Assembly: GCA_020351835.1 (NCBI GenBank)
Contig: CP070669.1
Span: forward strand, 1,157,682 to 1,220,526
Length of the DNA stretch: 62,845 bases
Direction of reading: 5' to 3'
Source: Nitrospirota bacterium
GTDB taxonomy: Bacteria > Nitrospirota > Thermodesulfovibrionia > Thermodesulfovibrionales > BMS3Bbin05
Positions 8,943 through 17,340 of this stretch are shown in pieces (position 1 is the stretch's first letter; the number at the start of each line of letters is the position of its first letter). The notes below the pieces were generated by a model that was given only the letters and a program-made list of their open reading frames with translations, had not been told where the DNA came from and searched no databases. A program made the position numbers and the translations under genes.

Positions 8943-9452
8943 ATGGCAAAAAAGAAGGCCAAGAAGAAGGTAAAGAAGAAAGCTGCAAAGAAGAAAGTTA
9001 AGAAGAAAGCCGCAAAGAAGAAAGTCGCGAAGAAGAAGGCCAAGAAGAAAGTGAAGAAGAAAGCCGCAAAGAAGAAGGCCAAGAAGAAAGTGAAGAAGAA
9101 AGCCGCAAAGAAGAAGGCCAAGAAGAAAGCTGCGAAGAAGAAAGTGAAGAAGAAAGCCGCGAAGAAGAAGGCCAAAAAGAAAGCTAAGAAGAAAACAAAG
9201 AGAAAACCTAATCCGGCATTCATGAAGCCAATGAACATAAGCCCGGCGTTAGCTAAGGTAGTTGGCAGTAAGGCAATTCCTAGAACCGAGGTAACAAAGA
9301 AGTTATGGGCTTACATTAAGAAGAACGGTTTACAGGACAAGGTCAACAGGAGGAACATTAATGCTGATGCTAATCTCAAAGCTGTTTTCGGCGGGAAGAG
9401 CAAGGTGTCAATGTTCGAGATGACTAAGCTGGTAAACAAACACCTTAGCTAG
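8943..9452 (+). CDS. Lysine/alanine-rich histone-H1-like N-terminal tail fused to a SWIB/MDM2 domain
   Basis: GGAGGTG SD at 8933-8939, then ATG 8943. About 88 aa of (A/V)(A)KKK repeats follow. The C-terminus MNISPALAKVVGSKAIPRTEVTKKLWAYIKKNGLQD...NINADANLKAVFGG..VSMFEMTKLVNKHL is a typical SWIB domain. Confidence 0.8.
   Translation: MAKKKAKKKVKKKAAKKKVKKKAAKKKVAKKKAKKKVKKKAAKKKAKKKVKKKAAKKKAKKKAAKKKVKKKAAKKKAKKKAKKKTKRKPNPAFMKPMNISPALAKVVGSKAIPRTEVTKKLWAYIKKNGLQDKVNRRNINADANLKAVFGGKSKVSMFEMTKLVNKHLS
8946..9206 (+). repeat. Coding low-complexity tandem repeat (AAG/AAA-rich) that includes a perfect 39-nt tandem duplication at 9039-9116
   Basis: gccaagaagaaagtgaagaagaaagccgcaaagaagaag occurs twice back to back, flanked by degenerate copies. 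It encodes AKKKVKKKAAKKK units. Confidence 0.85.
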
Positions 9453-9466
9453 GATCAAGTAGATCA

Positions 9467-9500
9467 CAAAAAGGCAGGGTCGAGGCCCTGCCTTTTTTTT
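9467..9500. terminator. Rho-independent, probably bidirectional terminator between convergent genes
   Basis: The stem is GGCAGGG (9473-9479) / CCCTGCC (9486-9492). It is preceded by an A-run and followed by T8 (9493-9500). Confidence 0.7.
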
Positions 9501-9524
9501 GTCATATTATTGTTGGGATAAGAA

Positions 9525-9890
9525 CTAGACCATCATCGGGTCAAATTTAACGAAATCGTTAAAGTGAGCAAATAACTGAGGATGCTTATCATCACATAGC
9601 CTGTCATGGAAGGAGACTCCCGCGAAAAAAATATCTCCCTTTCTTTGTGTCCATGCTACTTTCCCGGTGATCCTGTCATTTACCTCATCTCCCTTCTTAT
9701 TTATGAACGAAAGGTCTACTGTGACCTTTGAGCCTTTTCTTAAAGGAATATAGGAACGCAGGCCCACACCTCGTTCAGAGATGTTTCCGGCAATCGTTGA
9801 TATCTGGTCAATGTATGAACTGCCGGTAAGATGGGTAATAGACAAAGCCCTGAAAGGAAATCTTACGTGCTTACGATTTTCATTAGACAT
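9525..9890 (-). CDS. PilZ domain protein (putative c-di-GMP receptor)
   Basis: RKHVRFPF (RxxxR-like) and GNISERGVGL (DxSxxG-like) motifs are present, and the size is typical of single-domain PilZ proteins. Confidence 0.7.
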   Translation of the reverse strand: MSNENRKHVRFPFRALSITHLTGSSYIDQISTIAGNISERGVGLRSYIPLRKGSKVTVDLSFINKKGDEVNDRITGKVAWTQRKGDIFFAGVSFHDRLCDDKHPQLFAHFNDFVKFDPMMV

Positions 9891-10005
9891 GTAAACCCCC
9901 TCAATACAGTATGAGACAATTTTATATCACAATGAAGGCAAATAATCAAGCTGTAATTAGCAGGTAATATTATAAATGTGTATATATTATTTATACTTCA
10001 AGAGG

Positions 10006-10320
10006 CTAGATATCTGTATCGTCTCTATTTTCATACTCTACGATCTTATCCATGAAGTACTGGTCTATAGTAAGGCCATATGGGATCTTTTCTTTCCCGC
10101 ACGTGTGACAATCGATTATATGAAGCCCTTCCCATGAGGAAATATTGACCCTGTCATATTCAATCTCAGAATCGCACTTTGGACATACGAACTTTTCGGT
10201 CTGACCGAGAACGAACCTTCCTTCGTGTACCTCCAATAATACCCAGTTGCATCGCAGAAGCATATTTGCCTGGTGTTGATCAGCCGTTGAATATATCTTC
10301 CTTACCTTTGAACTGTCCAT
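10006..10320 (-). CDS. Hypothetical protein with a CxxC...CxxC zinc-ribbon-like motif
   Basis: CPKCDSE...CHTCGKE is present. No family was recognised. Confidence 0.4.
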   Translation of the reverse strand: MDSSKVRKIYSTADQHQANMLLRCNWVLLEVHEGRFVLGQTEKFVCPKCDSEIEYDRVNISSWEGLHIIDCHTCGKEKIPYGLTIDQYFMDKIVEYENRDDTDI

Positions 10321-10350
10321 GGATGTGTTGATCTGTGGTGAGCCATTGAA

Positions 10351-10713
10351 TCAGATAGAATAGTTAAAGTTTGTATCGAACTCATAATCAAAGATCTTGA
10401 TAGCTCTATCATCGACATCGCCCGAAAGATGAGTCCCGGTCTGGTAGTCAAATCCGTTAAAATGCTTGTCCTCTATGTTCAAGTAGATGTGGCTTTTGTT
10501 GCCGTAATGATATAGATTGATCGAACCCGTGGAACCGAATCCTCTTATCAGGCATTGGTTCTCATAATCGAAGACCGATATATTCTCCAGGTTCATTTCT
10601 CCCACGAAACTGAAATACTTGAAGCAGGAGTAATCGAACACGGTCGTCGAAGACTCTCTTGATATTAATCTTCCTGCTATATAAGCAATAGCTCTTCTCG
10701 TATGGTCTTTCAT
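10351..10713 (-). CDS. Hypothetical protein with four (V/I/G)FDY repeats
   Basis: VFDYS, VFDYEN, GFDYQT and IFDYEF recur at roughly 25-30 aa spacing. No family was recognised. Confidence 0.4.
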   Translation of the reverse strand: MKDHTRRAIAYIAGRLISRESSTTVFDYSCFKYFSFVGEMNLENISVFDYENQCLIRGFGSTGSINLYHYGNKSHIYLNIEDKHFNGFDYQTGTHLSGDVDDRAIKIFDYEFDTNFNYSI

Positions 10714-10858
10714 GATATTTCTATATTATCAACAATGCATCACTATTAAACAAGTTTAGAATGATCAAATCAAGAGAAAAATCACTGTTGTCATCAGAGG
10801 GCAGAAATCCTTAACATGGTCTGGTCATGCGGCCGGAAGGTCCCATGTCAGGCAGATA

Positions 10859-11086
10859 TCAGGAGTAGAACATCCTCCAGGTATCTTTTATCTTGTCGTA
10901 TGTCTCGCACTTGAGTACCAGCTGGCACTCGGGGCAAAACCCGTCGCACCCCTCAACTACGAATGAGAACCCGGATTCAGTAGGCAGCGTCTTATACTCC
11001 CTTGTCAGACGACAGCTGCTGTCGAATCTTTCGAGCTCTTTCTGCTGGTACTCCTTAAGTGCCTCCTCGAATTCCTTCTTCTTCAT
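10859..11086 (-). CDS. Small Cys-rich hypothetical protein, probably the last gene of the nrdJ operon
   Basis: The 75-aa ORF carries GCDGFCPECQLVLKC and starts 11 nt after the dCMP deaminase stop. Confidence 0.4.
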   Translation of the reverse strand: MKKKEFEEALKEYQQKELERFDSSCRLTREYKTLPTESGFSFVVEGCDGFCPECQLVLKCETYDKIKDTWRMFYS

Positions 11087-11097
11087 CTGCCCCCTTA

Positions 11098-11592
11098 TTA
11101 TTTGTTCTCGCCTGCCTCGGTCTTAAGTTGATTGAGGTCACCAACCCGGACTATGGTCCCGTCCCGTCCCAGGTAGATCACATCGCCTATCATCGCGTTT
11201 CGTATCATTCTCTGGCACAAAAGACATGGCTTTCCCTCAGCAAAAGAACCGTCTTCCTCAAAACCTGCAATATAGATGGACCCGCTGTTCATTCGCTCAG
11301 GTGATCCGTTGACTATGGCGTTCTGTTCAGCATGAACGGCTTCGCATAGCTCATATCTTTCTCCTGAAGGTATGTTGAGCTCTTTTCTTTTGCAGCTCTT
11401 TCTATCGATGCAGTTCTCGGATCCGCGCGGAGCCCCGTTATATCCGGTGCTCACTATGACATTGTCCTTGACAACAACCGCACCGTAACGCCTCCTTAGG
11501 CACGTGGATCGCGATGCTACTACCTTCGCTATCTCGATAAAATACTCGTCCCATGACGGACGCTTAAATGGTTTATTACCGTTGTTGCTCAT
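11098..11592 (-). CDS. dCMP deaminase (ComEB/deoxycytidylate deaminase family)
   Basis: SWDEYFIEIAKVVASRSTC, HAEQNAI (HAE zinc motif) and PCLLCQRMI (PCxxC) are present. Confidence 0.85.
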   Translation of the reverse strand: MSNNGNKPFKRPSWDEYFIEIAKVVASRSTCLRRRYGAVVVKDNVIVSTGYNGAPRGSENCIDRKSCKRKELNIPSGERYELCEAVHAEQNAIVNGSPERMNSGSIYIAGFEEDGSFAEGKPCLLCQRMIRNAMIGDVIYLGRDGTIVRVGDLNQLKTEAGENK

Positions 11593-11598
11593 AAGCTC

Positions 11599-13851
11599 CT
11601 ATCCACATTTTGTGAATCCGCAGTCATGACAGACCGCGCATCCGCCCTCATGCTCTACAGCGCCGCCGCAATCCGGGCAAGCACCTATCATCATCGGAAT
11701 ATCACCTTTCTTCCCATTGCCGCCACAATCCTCTTCTGCCATGCGGAAGTTTTCTACCGCCTTTCCGATAGCATCTGCACATGAAGATATCTTCCCGCCC
11801 TTGGCCCAGGCCGGCTGATGGCAGGATATGCCCTTCAGCTGCTTGGTTATCTCTTCGGGCGCTATGTTACATCTGAGAGCGAGAGAAACAAGTCTGCCTA
11901 TGGCCTCGGACTGGCTTGCGGCGCACCCTCCGGCTTTCCCTATCTGGTTAAAGACTTCAAAAGGCATACCGTTCTCGTCGGCATTCACGGTCACGTAAAG
12001 TGCTCCGCAACCTGTCTGGACTATTCTTGTAGAACCCTGGATGACGTCCGGTCTTTCTCTGGGAACGAGCTTCCCTGTATGAACATCCATTGGGATAATA
12101 TCTTCTTCGACCTTCTTCTCCTTTACTGATAGCACTTGCTCTTCTCTGGACCCGTCACGGTAGACAGTAACACCCTTGCAGTTAAGCTCATAGGCTAGAC
12201 GGTAAGCATTTTCTACATCTTCAACAGTAGCGTTGTGGGGGAAGTTAACTGTCTTGGATACCGCATTGTCCGTATAATGCTGAAATGCCGCTTGCATCTT
12301 TATATGGTCTGCAGGTGTAATATCATGCGCGGTGACAAATACTTCTTTTATGTCCTCAGGTATCTCATCAAAGCCATTAAGGGAGTTCTTCTCTGATATC
12401 CTTTCCATTAGGTCTATGGACCCGAAGCCTCTTTCTTCTGCGATCCTTTCGAACAGAGGATTGACCTCAATTAGCTTGGTGCCCTCAAGTACGTTCCTCA
12501 CAAAAGAAACAGCAAACAGCGGTTCAATCCCTGAAGAGCATCCCGCAAGTATAGAGAGGCTTCCGGTAGGTGCTATCGTTGTGATGGTGGCATTTCTCAT
12601 TTCTTTTTTGCCGTCATAAATACTTCCCGGATAATTAGGGAATTGCCCTCTCTCTTTTGCCAGGGCTGCGGATTTGTTCTCTCCCTCTTTCTGTATGAAT
12701 CCCATGACCTTGCTGGCCAGGTCAAGAGCCTTTTCAGAGTTATAAGGGATATTGAGGCTTATGAGCATGTCTGCCCATCCCATTACCCCGAGACCTATCT
12801 TACGGTTCGCCTTTGTGTTCTTCTCTATCTCTTTTAACGGGTACCTGTTCACATCTATAACATTATCAAGAAAATGGACGGCTTTGTGCACAGTGGACCT
12901 GAGTTTCTCCCAGTCAACATCACCGGTATCTCTACCGGGGACCGTTCTTACCATATTGCTCAGGTTTATGGATCCTAGGTTACATGATTCGAACGGAAGG
13001 AGCGGCTGCTCACCGCATGGATTGGTGCTGTCTATCTCACCGATATGAGGCGTTGGATTGCAGTTGTTTATTCTATCAAGGAACACTATCCCGGGCTCTC
13101 CATTTCCCCAAGCATGCTTGACTATAAGGTCGAACACTTCTCTGGCCTTAAGTGATTTGACCACCGTTTTCTTTCTGGGATTTATAAGGTCATAATCCCT
13201 GTCTTCCTGTACGGCGCTCATAAACTCTTCGGTGAGAGCTACTGAGATATTAAAGTTGTTAAGTTTGTCGGTATTGTCCTTGCAGGTTATGAACTCCAGG
13301 ATATCAGGATGATCTACACGCAACATACCCATATTAGCGCCTCTCCTGGTCCCCCCCTGCTTTACGGCCTCGGTAGCCGTATCAAATACCGACATAAACG
13401 ATATTGGCCCGGAAGACACACCCTTAGTGGAGCCTACAACGTCACCATTGGGCCTTAAATGAGAAAAGCTGAATCCTGTTCCGCCTCCTGATTTATGAAT
13501 GATAGCTGCGTTCTTTACCCCGTCAAATATAGATTCCATTGAATCCTCGACAGGAAGCACAAAACATGCCGAGAGCTGGCCGAGACGCCTTCCGGCGTTC
13601 ATGAGAGTCGGGCTGTTAGGTAGGAAGTCAAGGGAGATCATCAAGTTGTAGAAGGCCTGCTCGAGTTCTTCGACCTCAGAAAAGCCTTTGCCGTAATTGA
13701 TATCCGCGGCAGCTATGGACTTGGCTACACGGTGAAACATGTCCTCCGGCGTTTCTATTACTTCTCCCTCTTCGTTCTTCTTGAGGTATCGCTTCTCCAT
13801 GACCTTTAATGCGTTTTCGGAAAGATTAAGTGATGTTGAGACCAGACCCAT
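11599..13851 (-). CDS. nrdJ: Adenosylcobalamin-dependent (class II) ribonucleoside-triphosphate/diphosphate reductase
   Basis: The 750-aa protein has LSENALKVMEKRYL, LPNSPTLMNAG, NPCGEQPL and TIAPTGS, plus a C-terminal Cys-rich tail CPDCGG..CAVCHDCG. Confidence 0.93.
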   Translation of the reverse strand: MGLVSTSLNLSENALKVMEKRYLKKNEEGEVIETPEDMFHRVAKSIAAADINYGKGFSEVEELEQAFYNLMISLDFLPNSPTLMNAGRRLGQLSACFVLPVEDSMESIFDGVKNAAIIHKSGGGTGFSFSHLRPNGDVVGSTKGVSSGPISFMSVFDTATEAVKQGGTRRGANMGMLRVDHPDILEFITCKDNTDKLNNFNISVALTEEFMSAVQEDRDYDLINPRKKTVVKSLKAREVFDLIVKHAWGNGEPGIVFLDRINNCNPTPHIGEIDSTNPCGEQPLLPFESCNLGSINLSNMVRTVPGRDTGDVDWEKLRSTVHKAVHFLDNVIDVNRYPLKEIEKNTKANRKIGLGVMGWADMLISLNIPYNSEKALDLASKVMGFIQKEGENKSAALAKERGQFPNYPGSIYDGKKEMRNATITTIAPTGSLSILAGCSSGIEPLFAVSFVRNVLEGTKLIEVNPLFERIAEERGFGSIDLMERISEKNSLNGFDEIPEDIKEVFVTAHDITPADHIKMQAAFQHYTDNAVSKTVNFPHNATVEDVENAYRLAYELNCKGVTVYRDGSREEQVLSVKEKKVEEDIIPMDVHTGKLVPRERPDVIQGSTRIVQTGCGALYVTVNADENGMPFEVFNQIGKAGGCAASQSEAIGRLVSLALRCNIAPEEITKQLKGISCHQPAWAKGGKISSCADAIGKAVENFRMAEEDCGGNGKKGDIPMMIGACPDCGGAVEHEGGCAVCHDCGFTKCG

Positions 13852-13877
13852 TTGTTTGCCTCCCTTTCATGCTTGTG

Positions 13878-14057
13878 TTATTTTGTTATATTTAAGTGAT
13901 CTTTAAAATATCCATTAAATGAGGGATCCTCCCCCATCCTTATCCTGTTAGCTATCTTTTCGAGCGCATCTTCGCCGTCAAGAGGACATGATACTGTTTC
14001 GATCAGGATGCAATTCAGGCAGTCGGACCAGCTTTTTGCCGAATTGCAAGACATCAT
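13878..14057 (-). CDS. Small (59 aa) Cys-containing hypothetical protein, first ORF of the NrdR-controlled nrdJ operon
   Basis: ATG 14057 is preceded by GGGAGG (14068-14073, minus strand). The protein reads MMSCNSAKSWSDCLNCILIETVSCPLDG... It lies between the promoter and nrdJ, with a 26-nt gap containing the nrdJ SD. Confidence 0.4.
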   Translation of the reverse strand: MMSCNSAKSWSDCLNCILIETVSCPLDGEDALEKIANRIRMGEDPSFNGYFKDHLNITK

Positions 14058-14111
14058 TAAGGTAAGACCTCCCAGAATCAATAAATAGTATATAAATGGC
14101 GAATTTTAGAC

Positions 14112-14140
14112 ATTAAACCACAATATATTGTGTTTGTCAA
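14112..14140 (-). promoter_or_regulatory. Sigma70-type promoter with an NrdR box filling the spacer
   Basis: The minus strand reads TTGACA(14140-14135)-aACACAATATATTGTGG-TTTAAT(14117-14112). The 16-mer at 14118-14133 matches the NrdR-box palindrome consensus acaCwAtATaTwGtgt at 15 of 16 positions. Confidence 0.65.
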
Positions 14141-14520
14141 GGACAAAATAGCTCAAATCATGATTTTTTATAACATTTTGATATATATGACAAATCGATG
14201 TAAAAAGTGTGTTAGCTTTTTGTTCAGGAATTGTGGGCAAATATTGATATTAAATATGGTGTAAAAAAATGATGATCTAAAGATTGTCAGGCAGCACTAT
14301 CACGATGGAAAAGTAAGCAGAGAGTTGAAATTCTTCAGTTCAATGATCGTTAGTGTATTCCATCCTTTATATTGCTGTGTTGTCTAATGCCGTGCATTTG
14401 ATCAGTGATATGAAGGTGAGGTCTGGTGTATTTAATCTCAATGGTTATATGCTTTAAAATTCAGTACTTAATTCATCCTGCAATGTTGCAAAATAGATGT
14501 TTCTTTAGTTAGTATGACTA

Positions 14521-14982
14521 ATGTCGGAAGAACTGAAGAAAGCTGACATACTGCTAAGAGTGGTTTCCAAAGCACTTGATCTTATCATTATTGCTGCAGC
14601 GTGGGAGTTATTGCCAAGAGCAGGTTTCTATGCAGGAATATTCTATATGCTTGTAAGTGACGGGCTCTTCAGCGGCAGAAGCATAGCAAAGAAGATCATT
14701 GGGCTGCAGGTCATATCACTGAAGACCAAGCTGCCGTGCACGATGCGCGATTCAATAATAAGGAACCTTCCTATCGCGGCAGGGCTGGTCGCACTTAAGG
14801 TCCCATTGATAGGATGGATAGTTTTTTCGGCCATTTGTCTCTTAGAAATAGTACTGATATCAGGCAGTGAGGACAGTGTAAGGATCGGAGATATGATAGC
14901 GAACACGGCCGTAGTGGTCAGGGATGACAAGACAGAAGAAAAGCAGGTCAGCAAGCTGGCGTCGATGGAAGGACACAGTTAG
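14521..14982 (+). CDS. RDD family membrane protein
   Basis: LRVVSKALDLIII..., GRSIAKKIIGLQVI and RDSIIRNL fit the RDD-domain pattern. About three TM helices are predicted. Confidence 0.55.
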   Translation: MSEELKKADILLRVVSKALDLIIIAAAWELLPRAGFYAGIFYMLVSDGLFSGRSIAKKIIGLQVISLKTKLPCTMRDSIIRNLPIAAGLVALKVPLIGWIVFSAICLLEIVLISGSEDSVRIGDMIANTAVVVRDDKTEEKQVSKLASMEGHS

Positions 14983-15006
14983 CATTTTTAATATCAGGAG
15001 GAGTTA

Positions 15007-16035
15007 ATGTTTATAGAAAAGATACTCGGTCATTTTTCAAGCGATCTTGCCATCGACCTTGGTACAGCTAATACCCTCGTGTTCGTTAAGGGGAAGGGTA
15101 TCGAGTGCAATGAACCTTCGGTAGTGGTAATTCACAGAGATACCAAGAAGCCGCTTGCGGTAGGGACAGAGGCAAAGAGAATGCTTGGAAAGACCCCTGC
15201 CGATATTGTTGCCATCCGTCCGATGAAGGACGGAGTTATAGCTGATTTTGATGCGACGGGAGAAATGCTCAAATACTTCATAACAAAGGTTCATAACAGG
15301 AGAAGCTTTGTTTCTCCACGGGTCGTAATAGGTGTTCCTTCAGCTATCACGCAGGTAGAGCAGCGTGCAGTAAGGGATGCCGCAGAGGCATCCGGCGCAA
15401 GAGAGGTTTTCCTTGTAGAGGAGCCGATGGCCGCTGCAATAGGGGTAGGCCTTCCTGTAGGAGAACCATCCGGAAATATGATAGTTGATATCGGAGGCGG
15501 GACTACGGATGTCGCTGTTATTTCTCTGGATGGCATTGTATACAGTAAGGCTATCAGGGTAGGAGGGGACAGGATGGACGAGTATATCACTGCATATATA
15601 AAGCGTAAATATAATCTGATGATTGGTGAGCGCACATCAGAGCAGGTAAAGATGGAGATCGGGTCAGCCTTTCCTACTGACAGTGACCAGAGGACGATGG
15701 AGATCAAGGGCAGGGACCTCATTTCAGGGATCCCAAAGACGGTTACTGTCACGGAAGAGGAGATGAGGGAGGCATTGAAGGACCCTGTAAACGCGATACT
15801 CGATGTTATAAAGATAACGCTTGAGAACATTCAGCCCGAGATCGCAGCGGACATAGTTGACAGGGGCATTGTGATAGCCGGAGGAGGAGCTTTGTTAAGA
15901 GGCCTGGACCTTCTGATCAAAGAAGAGACCAAACTGCCGGTAGTTATTGCCGAAGACCCTCTTACGTCAGTTGTCAGGGGCGTCGGAAAGATGCTGGACG
16001 AAATTGATCTGCTTAAGCGTGTTGCTATCTATTAA
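15007..16035 (+). CDS. mreB: Rod shape-determining protein MreB
   Basis: DLAIDLGTANTLV, EPMAAAIG, DIGGGTTDVAV and GIVIAGGGALLRGLD are present. Confidence 0.97.
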   Translation: MFIEKILGHFSSDLAIDLGTANTLVFVKGKGIECNEPSVVVIHRDTKKPLAVGTEAKRMLGKTPADIVAIRPMKDGVIADFDATGEMLKYFITKVHNRRSFVSPRVVIGVPSAITQVEQRAVRDAAEASGAREVFLVEEPMAAAIGVGLPVGEPSGNMIVDIGGGTTDVAVISLDGIVYSKAIRVGGDRMDEYITAYIKRKYNLMIGERTSEQVKMEIGSAFPTDSDQRTMEIKGRDLISGIPKTVTVTEEEMREALKDPVNAILDVIKITLENIQPEIAADIVDRGIVIAGGGALLRGLDLLIKEETKLPVVIAEDPLTSVVRGVGKMLDEIDLLKRVAIY

Positions 16036-16039
16036 ATAG

Positions 16040-16822
16040 ATGTTAAGGAACAGGTTCCTTTTATTCTTGATGCTGCTCGGCCTTTCTCTTCTGATAATGT
16101 CATATCAGGCAAAGGCCGGACCAATAAATCCATTCAGTTTTATTTCATATCCGCTCAACTCGATAAATGACGTTGTGGACAGGTCTGTGAAGGCAGTAAA
16201 GGCACCCTTTATCAAAATAAAGGTAGCGGTATCCGAAAATAATGAGATAAAGAACGAGGTTGCCGAGCTTCGCCTGAAACTGCAGGAATTCGAAGAAATA
16301 GATAAAGAGAACAAAAGGCTTAAAGAGATGCTCGGGCTGAGCGATATACAGCCTGACTTCGTGACCGTCGCCTCCCTTATGAACAAAGGGGCGGATCACT
16401 GGTTCAGAACGATGATATTGAACAAGGGACAGGGCGATGGTGTAGAAAAGGATATGATAGCCATCATTCCGGGAGGCCTTGCGGGTAAGATAATAAGGGT
16501 ATGGCCCTCTTATTCTGAGATGTTAATGATCACAGATAGCAGCTACTCGGTATCGGTTCGATTGCAAGACAGCAGGGTCGAGGGAGTCTTGACCGGGACC
16601 GGTAGTGATTACTGTCTTCTTAATTACATATCTAATGATGAAGAGATAAAGGCGGGGGATATTCTGGTCAGTTCGGGGCTGGACAGGTTCACCCCAAAAG
16701 GGATACCTGTCGGAATGGTTAGACATGTAAGGAACACAGCCCCGGAACTTTTTCAGTATATCGAGGTTGCTCCCTTTGTAGATACTGCGAGGCTCGAGGA
16801 AGTGATGGTCATTAAGAGATGA
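16040..16822 (+). CDS. mreC: Rod shape-determining protein MreC
   Basis: It sits directly after mreB. It has an N-terminal TM helix, the coiled-coil segment ENNEIKNEVAELRLKL and GDILVSSGLD..FPKGIPVG. Confidence 0.9.
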   Translation: MLRNRFLLFLMLLGLSLLIMSYQAKAGPINPFSFISYPLNSINDVVDRSVKAVKAPFIKIKVAVSENNEIKNEVAELRLKLQEFEEIDKENKRLKEMLGLSDIQPDFVTVASLMNKGADHWFRTMILNKGQGDGVEKDMIAIIPGGLAGKIIRVWPSYSEMLMITDSSYSVSVRLQDSRVEGVLTGTGSDYCLLNYISNDEEIKAGDILVSSGLDRFTPKGIPVGMVRHVRNTAPELFQYIEVAPFVDTARLEEVMVIKR

Positions 16823-17340
16823 AGCTGTTCAAAAGAAATTATCTTAACAGGAAGGGATTCCCGGAGATCCCCAGGATGCGAAGGTGGCAGGCCGTTCTTG
16901 CCTGGACGCTGGTCGTAATTGCACTTCTGGTAATTAAGACTAATATTTCTTTTTTTGGCGTGAGGCTTAACCTGACAGTACTTGTACCGTTCTATATAGG
17001 GCTCAAGCGTTCTCCCGAGAAGGGCCTGGCAGTCGGGATCATTATAGGTCTGGTAGAGGACAGTCTCTCAAACACTATAATAGGGCCAAATATTCTGAGC
17101 AAAGGTTCTATCGGCCTGCTTTCATCTCTCTTATTAGGTCGGTTCTTCATATGGACGCCTTTGTTGGGAGTGCTGGCGTGTTTTACAGCAACATTCATTG
17201 ACGGCCTGATCGTATTCCTCAGCAGGGAGCTTTTCTTCGACGATGTGGGATTATTGAAGCAAGCGGTTCTTATTATGCTGGCGCAGGCGTTTATAAATTC
17301 ACCGGTAGGATATTTCATCAGGCCTAAAGATGAGCAGTGA
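16819..17340 (+). CDS. mreD: Rod shape-determining protein MreD
   Basis: It is a polytopic small membrane protein between mreC and mrdA, with an ATGA overlap onto mreC. Confidence 0.75.
   Translation: MKLFKRNYLNRKGFPEIPRMRRWQAVLAWTLVVIALLVIKTNISFFGVRLNLTVLVPFYIGLKRSPEKGLAVGIIIGLVEDSLSNTIIGPNILSKGSIGLLSSLLLGRFFIWTPLLGVLACFTATFIDGLIVFLSRELFFDDVGLLKQAVLIMLAQAFINSPVGYFIRPKDEQ

Noticed and set aside
8946-9206. A regular short repeat array that could be mistaken for a CRISPR or a VNTR regulatory element
   Set aside because: The repeat unit is in frame and encodes (A/V)KKK units of a real protein. There are no unique spacers and no cas genes.
8861-9238. A 125-aa minus-strand ORF made of FFFAAFFLAFFF repeats
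   Set aside because: It is the reverse-complement shadow of the AAG/AAA-rich Lys-repeat coding region. The plus-strand ORF has an SD, a promoter, a terminator and a recognisable SWIB domain.
14083-14098. A second NrdR box paired with the strong one
   Set aside because: Only the central tATATa core matches, and the centre-to-centre distance of 35 bp differs from the usual spacing of about 31-32 bp. It is mentioned in the finding but not annotated as a feature.
13852-14520. A cobalamin riboswitch upstream of the B12-dependent nrdJ
   Set aside because: I could not find a B12-box-like conserved core or a suitably GC-rich structured leader. The leader from the predicted TSS is short (about 45 nt), and the region is explained by the NrdR-box promoter and a small ORF.
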